The position numbers and the translations under genes were made by a program. Shown one piece after another: positions 1-7,367 of a stretch of 64,000 nucleotides of DNA. The stretch covers positions 11,116 through 75,115 of IMG/VR virus record IMGVR_UViG_3300025132_000026; one strand, written 5' to 3'. This DNA comes from a virus. Positions within the stretch are counted from its first letter, which is position 1. The number at the start of each line of letters is the position of its first letter. Below the pieces are notes generated by a model, which saw nothing but the letters and a program-made list of their open reading frames with translations, ran no database searches and was not told the origin of the DNA.

Positions 1-458
1 GTTGCGACATTGCCGGCCATAATGTGAAGCTCGTCACCAAGGGCGCGGCGCAAAGTTTCAAGTGCCTCCTTCATCAAAATATGATGACCGTGAGCAACAT
101 CGATACATATAAAACTAGCTCCGATAGCACGCATTACAGACGCTCTATTTAAGAAATCTCCACTGATTCCGACTGCTGCTCCTACAGTACCACCCTCTTC
201 TAATACTCTTGAGACAAGCCTTGTTTGCTCTTCAATGGTGTTATACCTGTGTATAACAGAACATCCACCGACAGAAGCTAAACTAATTGCCATATCTGCT
301 TCTGAGATAGTATCCATTGGGGATGAAATAATCGGCAAAGCTAGCTTGAGACCGTTGCCAAGATCTGCGCTTGGATCAATTTCTGACCGAGAACGAATAT
401 TCGAATATTGCGGCCTCAGCAGTATGTCATCATATGACAGAGAATCAGCTATCTTCAT
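1..458 (-). CDS. IMP dehydrogenase / GMP reductase family protein (N-terminal part; runs off the window edge; not in the ORF track)
   Basis: Manual translation from ATG at 458: MKIADSLSYDDILLRPQYS...LPIISSPMDT...VIHRYNTIEEQ...ICIDVAHGH...IMAGNVAT. These are IMPDH/GMPR motifs; no CBS insert. Confidence 0.9.
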   Translation of the reverse strand, partial: MKIADSLSYDDILLRPQYSNIRSRSEIDPSADLGNGLKLALPIISSPMDTISEADMAISLASVGGCSVIHRYNTIEEQTRLVSRVLEEGGTVGAAVGISGDFLNRASVMRAIGASFICIDVAHGHHILMKEALETLRRALGDELHIMAGNVA

Positions 459-834
459 TTTTCTTAGTGCTCTTTTTCTTCTTTGGTGCTGAGCGAACAG
501 AACTTCTAATTTTCTGCTTCTCTACCTCTCTCTTGTAACTCGGAGACATCTCCGGAGTGACCTTGATCGGAGGATCATCATTAACCGCAGCCGCGGCGGC
601 TGGCTGTTGTGGCGCCGGTACCGGGGCTGGTGGGGCATATCTTTGTCCAAAGTATTGCTGCAGAGTAATCATTGAGGCTTCTTTTGTTGCTAATTTTTCG
701 GCCTGCTCCATTATCAATTCAGCGGCATTGGGATCCGGCGAATGGCTCGACAAAAGGCCATCGATCACAGACATCGCAGTTAGTGCTTCGCCTCTAAGCC
801 TTTGGATGGCAGCCTCATATGCTGTTTTTGACAT
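445..834 (-). CDS. hypothetical protein, paralog of 834..1280
   Basis: 129-aa ORF overlapping its neighbours; helical N-terminus, APPAP linker, basic tail. Confidence 0.7.
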   Translation of the reverse strand: MSKTAYEAAIQRLRGEALTAMSVIDGLLSSHSPDPNAAELIMEQAEKLATKEASMITLQQYFGQRYAPPAPVPAPQQPAAAAAVNDDPPIKVTPEMSPSYKREVEKQKIRSSVRSAPKKKKSTKKNEDS

Positions 835-1280
835 TATTTACCCCCGTACAGATCTTCTTTCTTGCTATCTGTATTCCCACGATTTCTTTTTCCTCCTCTT
901 TTTCTTACCGCATTCGCTGCAGGGTTTTCTTGCGATAGAGGGCCGGCTAAAGGGACGCTACCTCTTGCCTCCGTTAGCTTTTTTATTTGTTCAGCAATAG
1001 CCTTCCTGTTTTTTATATTTGGGGCCGCGGGGTTAGTCTCGGTCTGTTGTGACTCGTCAGGCCCCGGTGCGGGTGGTGCATGATTGGCGTTCATATGCTG
1101 TTCAAATATCTCGATTGCAGCTTGTGACGTGGCCAGTTCTCTGGCCTGTGCAACAATCTGATCGGGGTCTGCTGCTTCGTTAATCAGCCTTTCTAAACGA
1201 GCTACCTGTTTTGCGGCATCTGCATGCAGTTGACGATGGGCGCCCACTACTGCAAATCTTTTTTGTGCTTCTGTTGACAT
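834..1280 (-). CDS. hypothetical protein, paralog of 445..834
   Basis: 148-aa ORF with stop/start overlaps on both sides. Confidence 0.7.
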   Translation of the reverse strand: MSTEAQKRFAVVGAHRQLHADAAKQVARLERLINEAADPDQIVAQARELATSQAAIEIFEQHMNANHAPPAPGPDESQQTETNPAAPNIKNRKAIAEQIKKLTEARGSVPLAGPLSQENPAANAVRKRGGKRNRGNTDSKKEDLYGGK

Positions 1281-1645
1281 TATTTCTCCTTATTGATGAA
1301 GCTTCTGATATCTGACGTTTTATACCACGTCATATCGTTGGGGTTTTCGGGGTCCGACAATACTCGAATTTTTGGCTTGTTACCACCTGTCTTTACGAGC
1401 GATATGGTCGGCACTCCGTTAAAATTTAATATTCTTTCTGCGGTCGGATAATCATCAATATTGAACGCAAAAAAATGTATATCGGAAAACATCATATCAT
1501 CCGATATGTCTTGGTAATATTCCTTTAGATTGTGGCACATATGACAACCGTTGGAATAAAATTTAATGACGCAGGTAGATTCTTCGACAACACTGCCGCG
1601 AAGAATCTTTTGTAACGCGTCTTTTGAAAGTCTACTGACTGGCAT
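1280..1645 (-). CDS. thioredoxin-like protein
   Basis: VIKFYSNGCHMC (CxxC) and GVPTI cis-Pro motif. Confidence 0.85.
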   Translation of the reverse strand: MPVSRLSKDALQKILRGSVVEESTCVIKFYSNGCHMCHNLKEYYQDISDDMMFSDIHFFAFNIDDYPTAERILNFNGVPTISLVKTGGNKPKIRVLSDPENPNDMTWYKTSDIRSFINKEK

Positions 1646-1877
1646 CTATAATCTCCTTTGCTTTGTTAACACACTCTGGGCAGAACAGCCTAACAACTTC
1701 TTGTTTGACTACCACAGACCAAGAGTTTACCATATCTTTATCTTTCTTGTCAAACTCTTTTTGACAAACATTGCACATTTCAGGAAGCTTACCAAACAGC
1801 GCGACTTGGCCGGCCATTTTCTCTTGAGCGTCCTGCCCTATGTGCTTTTTTATTGCTCTTCTTTGTTTTCGGTTCAT
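1632..1877 (-). CDS. small Zn-binding hypothetical protein
   Basis: CNVC...CPEC motif pair; overlaps both neighbours. Confidence 0.7.
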   Translation of the reverse strand: MNRKQRRAIKKHIGQDAQEKMAGQVALFGKLPEMCNVCQKEFDKKDKDMVNSWSVVVKQEVVRLFCPECVNKAKEIIDASQ

Positions 1878-2347
1878 CGATTCAGGGCTCCGAATATCTG
1901 CCTCTGGTTTGAACCATCGAAAACGACGACTGCTGATGGAAACGGGGCACTGTTATCGCTATCGCCGAACTTAAGCCTTCCCTTGACAAAGTGAATCTCA
2001 TCTGCTCTCATGACATACTGGTGCCAGTACTTTGTATCCGTCCTTGCGGGAATAAGCATCACCACCTTAGTACCTTCCTTGCGAGACTCTTCGTAGCCCT
2101 TCTTAATCCACTTTTCAATGCCGCGGCCATATGGAGGATTGACAAAGCTTGTGAAGCCCTCCCAATTTTTCGATAGACCATCCTCTGCTTCGGTGTAGAA
2201 ATTGGCACACTTCGTGTTTGTGCAGTCCGCACAAGGGTCTAGATCAAATGGGCCGAATCGCCAGTCTAGTTTGTTAAAGAAGTCCTGTGGTGTAGCCCAC
2301 TGTCCTGTCTTAGACGAGAACATCACTACTTGTGTTTGTTTATCCAT
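1874..2347 (-). CDS. phage DNA N6-adenine methyltransferase (Dam-like)
   Basis: WATPQ, FDLDPCA, FVNPPY, LIPARTDT and GRLKF motifs. The likely start is MDKQT at 2347, overlapping the upstream stop. Confidence 0.9.
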   Translation of the reverse strand: MDKQTQVVMFSSKTGQWATPQDFFNKLDWRFGPFDLDPCADCTNTKCANFYTEAEDGLSKNWEGFTSFVNPPYGRGIEKWIKKGYEESRKEGTKVVMLIPARTDTKYWHQYVMRADEIHFVKGRLKFGDSDNSAPFPSAVVVFDGSNQRQIFGALNR

Positions 2348-3230
2348 TTTTAATTCTCTCCATAGATTTAATATAATATGTTTTATCCATCTCGCAACCA
2401 ATAAAGTTACGATTTGTGTTTTTTGCTGCGATTGCAGTCGTGGCAGATCCTGCAAAACAGTCTAAGACTAGATCGCCTTCGTTTGAATGTTTTCGGATCA
2501 ATTCTTCAAATAGCGGCAAGCTTTTCTGTGTCGGGTGGAATCTAAATTTACCCCCCTGCAGTGGAAATTTGTACACGCCGTTATCATACTTGCTATTGAA
2601 CGTTGGTTTTGATTTCTTAATGCCCAATAGTGCTATCTCTCTGCAGTTAGTCAAGTAATTGACGCTGCTATTAATCGGCTGTGGGTTGGTTTTAATCCAA
2701 GATATTAGTCTGATCTGTTTAAACTTTTCCGATTCTAATATGTCTTTTAAGTTTGTTATCTTCCACAAATCGAAGAAAACTATACATGTGCCGCCGGGTC
2801 TCAATATCCTATGGAAGTGCTTAGTGAATAACTGCAATTGCTCCATAGTAAACTGAGAATCCCAGTCTCCATAGTTTGTCTTGACTGCATATTTTTTGCC
2901 GTATATGCTACCATACTTCAAGTAGTCTCTTTTATATGCTTTGAGCTTTCTCTTGACAAGGCCGCTTTTAACTTTGTCGTTTTCAAACAAAGAATTATCC
3001 TTGTTTAAAAAATCTATCCAACCTCTCAAAGTTTTAAGACCCTTCCAGTCGTTCTCTGTTCGTAAGTTTTTGGCGCCCTCTTGATCTTGTTTCGCAACAT
3101 GATCTACCCACTTATCCATACCTGAATCTCGCGAAGTAATATAAGGAGGATCTGTCAGGATAAGATCCACAGAATTGTCGGGAATATCCGACAAAAACTG
3201 TAGACCCTCCTGGTTTAGTAGCTTGATCAC
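2340..3230 (-). CDS. beta-class N4-C/N6-A DNA methyltransferase
   Basis: Catalytic DPPY near the N-terminus; HPTQKS; C-terminal SAM-binding VLDCFAGSATT. Confidence 0.92.
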   Translation of the reverse strand: MIKLLNQEGLQFLSDIPDNSVDLILTDPPYITSRDSGMDKWVDHVAKQDQEGAKNLRTENDWKGLKTLRGWIDFLNKDNSLFENDKVKSGLVKRKLKAYKRDYLKYGSIYGKKYAVKTNYGDWDSQFTMEQLQLFTKHFHRILRPGGTCIVFFDLWKITNLKDILESEKFKQIRLISWIKTNPQPINSSVNYLTNCREIALLGIKKSKPTFNSKYDNGVYKFPLQGGKFRFHPTQKSLPLFEELIRKHSNEGDLVLDCFAGSATTAIAAKNTNRNFIGCEMDKTYYIKSMERIKNG

Positions 3231-3233
3231 TAT

Positions 3234-4700
3234 CTATGCCGCTTTATAAAGCAGATTAGCAGTCAGGCGGCTAGATTCTTCAAACGGAATCAAAGTTTTA
3301 CCGTCCAACTGTGCGTGATTGACGAGCGCATTGACTGCTGCCAGTGTTCTTGCCTCATGGTTCTTCGAGTCCTTGTTGGAATTCATCAAAGAAGAGATAA
3401 AGTAATTGGAATTATTGTAATAAATAATCTCTTGCTCATCATCGTATCTTGAAATCTCGTCCGAAGTTTCAAACTTACCAGCTTCAATAGACTTCACCTT
3501 TCCAAAGAATCGACTGCGCAAAGTCTTTGAAGAGCCAAAAATATTCTTGTCTGTTCGGAATATCTCTGCAAACTTCATCGATGCTTCCATACGCGCTTGT
3601 TGAGACTTGATAGCCTTTTCTGTGTCCGACGCGGCCTTGCGTCGGGCAGCTTCTGCAATAAAGAGTTTGCCCAGTTCAGAGTCCCTTAACCAGTCGCCAA
3701 AAGCAGGATCTTTTAGTTTGACATCATGCTTGTGGGATGTAAACTCAAAGACTTTGTTAAATTCATCTTTGTTTGTGAATTCAATTTCTGCTCGTAAGTG
3801 CCATCGGTATGAGTGAGAAGCACCCTCTTTAAACATTCCAAAAAGAGTGTCCCGATCTTTGTAGATTGTAATTCCATTTACCTTCAGATAAATACCAAAA
3901 TCATTGCTTGACCCTTCTGGCATCCGAGTAGCGGTAACATCAAAAGACGCGCCTGTTTTCTTCCACTGTTGGGTGGCAGTGCGCATTATGTAATTGTCAT
4001 CCGGAACCTCATCACGCGAGAGTGGATCATTAAAGTCAATGGGGTTTGGTGCACCCTTGTTGCCGTTGACTGTGAATATCTTCAAGCTTCCTGACTTAAT
4101 CTTGTCACAATATCGTGTTGCGAGCTTACCTGAATGTCGAATTCCTGCCTTTTCTTTTCCGATAAATGTTTTGCAATCTTGATATTCTGTTTGAATTAAA
4201 TCTTCAAGGATAATAACCGTTCCGGAGCTTTCTGGGTATTGTGAATGCTTGTTCCACAACTTCAGTGCTCTCTCATCAGTTCCCTGATCAAAGGGCCCAT
4301 CATATTCTTGGCAGTTATTAATTCTTCCACGTTCAAGAAAAGAACCGCAGACAGAACCTTCTTCATCTCTCGTTATCACCGCAAAGCGATTTGCCAGAGA
4401 AAATGCTGCCGCTTTCAAACCGACCCCAAACTCTGATACCTCATGGATAGAGCGCTGGCGAATCTCGCCGGCAAACTCCATTGCTGCTAGAAGTTCTTCG
4501 CGGGTCATCCCGTTACCATTATCATAGAATATAATAGTATCAAGAGGCTGGGTTGAGCCTTTTAGTGCGCTGATATAGATCTCCGTAGCGTCAGCTGCTT
4601 CTGAGTTATCAGCGAATTCATATAGTGCCTCTACAACTTCATAAGTTCCAGAGGTAAATGCGTTTAGTGTGCGCTCCACATTCATTTTAAATTGTGCCAT
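3234..4700 (-). CDS. GHKL (MORC-like) ATPase
   Basis: ALYEFADNS (N box), DNGNGM (G1 box), SEFGVGLKAAA (G2 box), SGTVIIL (motif IV); C-terminal coiled segment. Confidence 0.8.
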   Translation of the reverse strand: MAQFKMNVERTLNAFTSGTYEVVEALYEFADNSEAADATEIYISALKGSTQPLDTIIFYDNGNGMTREELLAAMEFAGEIRQRSIHEVSEFGVGLKAAAFSLANRFAVITRDEEGSVCGSFLERGRINNCQEYDGPFDQGTDERALKLWNKHSQYPESSGTVIILEDLIQTEYQDCKTFIGKEKAGIRHSGKLATRYCDKIKSGSLKIFTVNGNKGAPNPIDFNDPLSRDEVPDDNYIMRTATQQWKKTGASFDVTATRMPEGSSNDFGIYLKVNGITIYKDRDTLFGMFKEGASHSYRWHLRAEIEFTNKDEFNKVFEFTSHKHDVKLKDPAFGDWLRDSELGKLFIAEAARRKAASDTEKAIKSQQARMEASMKFAEIFRTDKNIFGSSKTLRSRFFGKVKSIEAGKFETSDEISRYDDEQEIIYYNNSNYFISSLMNSNKDSKNHEARTLAAVNALVNHAQLDGKTLIPFEESSRLTANLLYKAA

Positions 4701-4792
4701 TATGGACTCCGTTAAATGTCCAGGCTATGCCCAGACTGTTGATTAATGTAAGTTTTAATCCAGATTAATTCCAGACTTTTTCTTACTTTGTT

Positions 4793-4821
4793 AAGATACC
4801 ATTTTTAGATTGGTTTGTCAA
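4793..4821 (-). promoter_or_regulatory. sigma70-type promoter for the MORC/MTase genes
   Basis: TTGACA (4821-4816), 17-bp spacer, TATCTT (4798-4793). Confidence 0.65.
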
Positions 4822-4828
4822 CAACATA

Positions 4829-5326
4829 TTATAATATTTTTATTCCATGTTGTTGAATCTCTGACCAAGTAATGGTTGCACTTAGTCTCGGATCTTTCTT
4901 GTCCAAAACATTTGGATAAGATTTCTTCAGTTTAGGTCGTAGGGTATTATATACATCTATCCCGCTCATCATCCAGCTTTCAGCCATACGGCCACCCTCA
5001 AAACGATTGTAGTAGTGCTCGGGATATTTCGCTATCTTCTCTTCGAGCAAATAACGATCTTGCTCCTCCCAAGTATCTTGCACAGAGATGCCTGTATATG
5101 CACCTTGGCATCGTGGACCAATTGTAGATTTATATTCACATTCATTGTTATTCTCGTTGTTTATCGCATCTGCACCAGAATAACTGCCGGCAACTGAGTG
5201 TCCCAGAACGCATGCGGCATAAATCTCTTTGCTGCGTGCATAGCTGAAGGGGTCGCCCCAACCCTGCTCTTCGCAGACGCGAGCCATTTCTTCGTATAGC
5301 TGTTTATAGCGTTGCTCAGGAGTCAT
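4829..5326 (-). CDS. PvuII-like PD-(D/E)xK endonuclease
   Basis: GWGDPF...LGH...GADA...ECEYKS...KIAKY...HGIKIL parallels R.PvuII as I recall it (GINDIF...GNDA...EYELKS...IIAKY...HGTKIY). Likely start MTPEQ at 5326, preceded by GGAG. Confidence 0.6.
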   Translation of the reverse strand: MTPEQRYKQLYEEMARVCEEQGWGDPFSYARSKEIYAACVLGHSVAGSYSGADAINNENNNECEYKSTIGPRCQGAYTGISVQDTWEEQDRYLLEEKIAKYPEHYYNRFEGGRMAESWMMSGIDVYNTLRPKLKKSYPNVLDKKDPRLSATITWSEIQQHGIKIL

Positions 5327-5570
5327 CGGACTCTCCAGAAATAATCCCAAAGTTTTCTACAACCTCATCGATATTTACTTTGCCTCTGAATAGACGATAA
5401 GCCTTCACTGCTGCTCTAATCTCGTCGGTGTTCAGCCACCCGTTGTTACGAAATTCTGAGCGTAGTTCGCGCTTTTGTTCCTGGTAAGGCTCAATGCAAT
5501 CTTCGATTGCCTTGAGGGAACGGATATACTCTTTAACGTATTGCTGCTTTTGCTCGCTTGATGTGGCCAC
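5316..5570 (-). CDS. small helical DNA-binding protein (T4 DsbA/GapR-like)
   Basis: GTG start with AGGAGG; coiled pattern EYIRSLKAIE...KRELRSEF. Family call is tentative. Confidence 0.5.
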   Translation of the reverse strand: MATSSEQKQQYVKEYIRSLKAIEDCIEPYQEQKRELRSEFRNNGWLNTDEIRAAVKAYRLFRGKVNIDEVVENFGIISGESDDS

Positions 5571-5596
5571 GGGCCCTCCTTTTGTATTACTCTAAT

Positions 5597-5625
5597 AGTA
5601 TAATGTGTTATGAATCAGAAGTCAA
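5597..5625 (-). promoter_or_regulatory. sigma70-type promoter
   Basis: TTGACT, 17-bp spacer, TATACT upstream of 5570. Confidence 0.7.
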
Positions 5626-5638
5626 CTGTTTTTTATCA

Positions 5639-6334
5639 TTAAATTCCAAAAAGTCTATTTAAAAATCTTCTTATCAATTCATCTTTTCCCCAATCGGGAC
5701 ATTCAGAAAAAATGTAGTTATAGGTATTTTTTTTCTCTAAGATTTGGGCGCCGACTCTTTCTGATTCTTTGCGAAACCATTTTGATTGTCGGGCATAGTT
5801 GTCTGGCGGATATATGTCGTATTTTTCCGCTATCTCTATCAGCACAAAGTATCTTCTTTCCTCGTAAGCCTTCTTTGCTGTTTTAAATGCTTCGATCATC
5901 TCTTGTGCTAAGAACGGGCTTATGTCCAGAGAGCTGACTTTATCGGGATGCAATGCTATCGCTATTTTCTTAAACAGTTTGTTAAAGATTTCATGAATCT
6001 GCTTATCTTCTTCCGTGGCAGGATCTGGATTAATCTTGTCTTTCTCGGGAATATCAACAGCCATCAGAGCGCCGGGCATTGGGTCTATTGCCTCCTCGGG
6101 CTGTTCTTCTGCTTCTTCCTTGGCGCCAAATATTTGCACAAGGCGATCGTTATGCTGCCTCTCAAGCTCTCCGATATCTATTCCCACCTCTGGGCGCGAA
6201 CAATATTCCCTGTAGTATGTTTCAAAGTCACGGCCGGCGGCCTTACAAGTTTCGTTTACAAGTTCCAGCTCTTCATAAAGAAACTTAAGCTCGTTAATAG
6301 ATCTTCTCCATTTGAGTTTTTTTGATATAGACAT
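5639..6334 (-). CDS. J-domain-containing protein
   Basis: FKKIAIALHPDK...AFKTAKKAYE (HPD motif). Confidence 0.75.
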   Translation of the reverse strand: MSISKKLKWRRSINELKFLYEELELVNETCKAAGRDFETYYREYCSRPEVGIDIGELERQHNDRLVQIFGAKEEAEEQPEEAIDPMPGALMAVDIPEKDKINPDPATEEDKQIHEIFNKLFKKIAIALHPDKVSSLDISPFLAQEMIEAFKTAKKAYEERRYFVLIEIAEKYDIYPPDNYARQSKWFRKESERVGAQILEKKNTYNYIFSECPDWGKDELIRRFLNRLFGI

Positions 6335-6349
6335 ACGCTATAAATAGTA

Positions 6350-6961
6350 TCATCCGAAGTCGAATTTTATATCAGTTCTAATTTTTAACTCTGGTATGTG
6401 CATATGATTTGTTAGGTTGTGCTTTTTGGCTTCATCAACATCCAAAAACCAGTCCGCGTGGCCCTTTTCGTGTATCAGGTCAAGGAAATAATTCTTACGG
6501 TGGCCACAATTTTTTGCCATCATTTGATAAACTTTTTTGTTAAGTCGAGATGTTTCTTCCGCGGAAGCCTTAATTTCTTCAACCTTACCCCACTGCATCG
6601 AACTTACGTCATGAATCATCAGCGTGGCATCAGGATCCATATAACGGTATCCGTCGGCACCAAAACTAAACAAAATTGCACCGCACGACATAGCCTTGCC
6701 CTGTACAATGGTGGCCACAGGAATCTTTGAATGGCTGATATCTGAAATCATAGACATCAAGCTATACACTTGGCCACCATAGCTATCGATTATAACAGGA
6801 ACCACTGGTTGGCCAGTGTTCTGGGCCTTCATCATAGCTGTTGTAAAGCCCTTAGCAGATGATTCATCAAACTTATTAACTCTTATAATAGTCGGAAGCC
6901 CATCAATCAAGTTTGGCTCCTTTAGCAGTGGGCTAAAATATTTCATTACATTCATTACCAT
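6350..6961 (-). CDS. clpP: ClpP-family serine protease
   Basis: IDSYGG, GKAMSCG (catalytic Ser), LMIHD (His), DWFLD...EA. Confidence 0.85.
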   Translation of the reverse strand: MVMNVMKYFSPLLKEPNLIDGLPTIIRVNKFDESSAKGFTTAMMKAQNTGQPVVPVIIDSYGGQVYSLMSMISDISHSKIPVATIVQGKAMSCGAILFSFGADGYRYMDPDATLMIHDVSSMQWGKVEEIKASAEETSRLNKKVYQMMAKNCGHRKNYFLDLIHEKGHADWFLDVDEAKKHNLTNHMHIPELKIRTDIKFDFG

Positions 6962-7365
6962 TCCTCCGTTTGGCCAACCCAGTCTTTATATTGTTCGTCG
7001 CCGCCGCGGGCTTTCCAGTCTGAGTCTATTGTTAATTTTGAACTGATGCCGCCTCGCGCATTACAAACCATTACGAGTCTTAATCTTTCTGGTTCGTAAA
7101 CTTCCATCATATCATCGAACACAACATTAATTAGTCTTTCATAAGAATAAATTTTGCTGCGAAATTGATAAAAATATTCCTTCATAGATTTTAACTCAAT
7201 CACCCTATTCTTGGGATAAAAGGTGATATAAAGAAGTGCAAAATCTGGCTGGCCTCGTACGCCTTCAAAAGTAATTTCTGGCGCTTTTAGCTTTATTTCA
7301 TATGCTCCTGAAGACGGGTTTGGTATAGATTTTAGTATTGTCTTGTCTGACCATTTTCTTGACAT
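6955..7365 (-). CDS. QueF-like T-fold protein lacking the catalytic Cys
   Basis: PNP...PEITFEGVRGQPDFA...ELKSMKEY...RGGIS. Canonical QueF has PEFTSLCPxTGQPDFA. Confidence 0.8.
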   Translation of the reverse strand: MSRKWSDKTILKSIPNPSSGAYEIKLKAPEITFEGVRGQPDFALLYITFYPKNRVIELKSMKEYFYQFRSKIYSYERLINVVFDDMMEVYEPERLRLVMVCNARGGISSKLTIDSDWKARGGDEQYKDWVGQTEEW

Positions 7366-7367
7366 GT

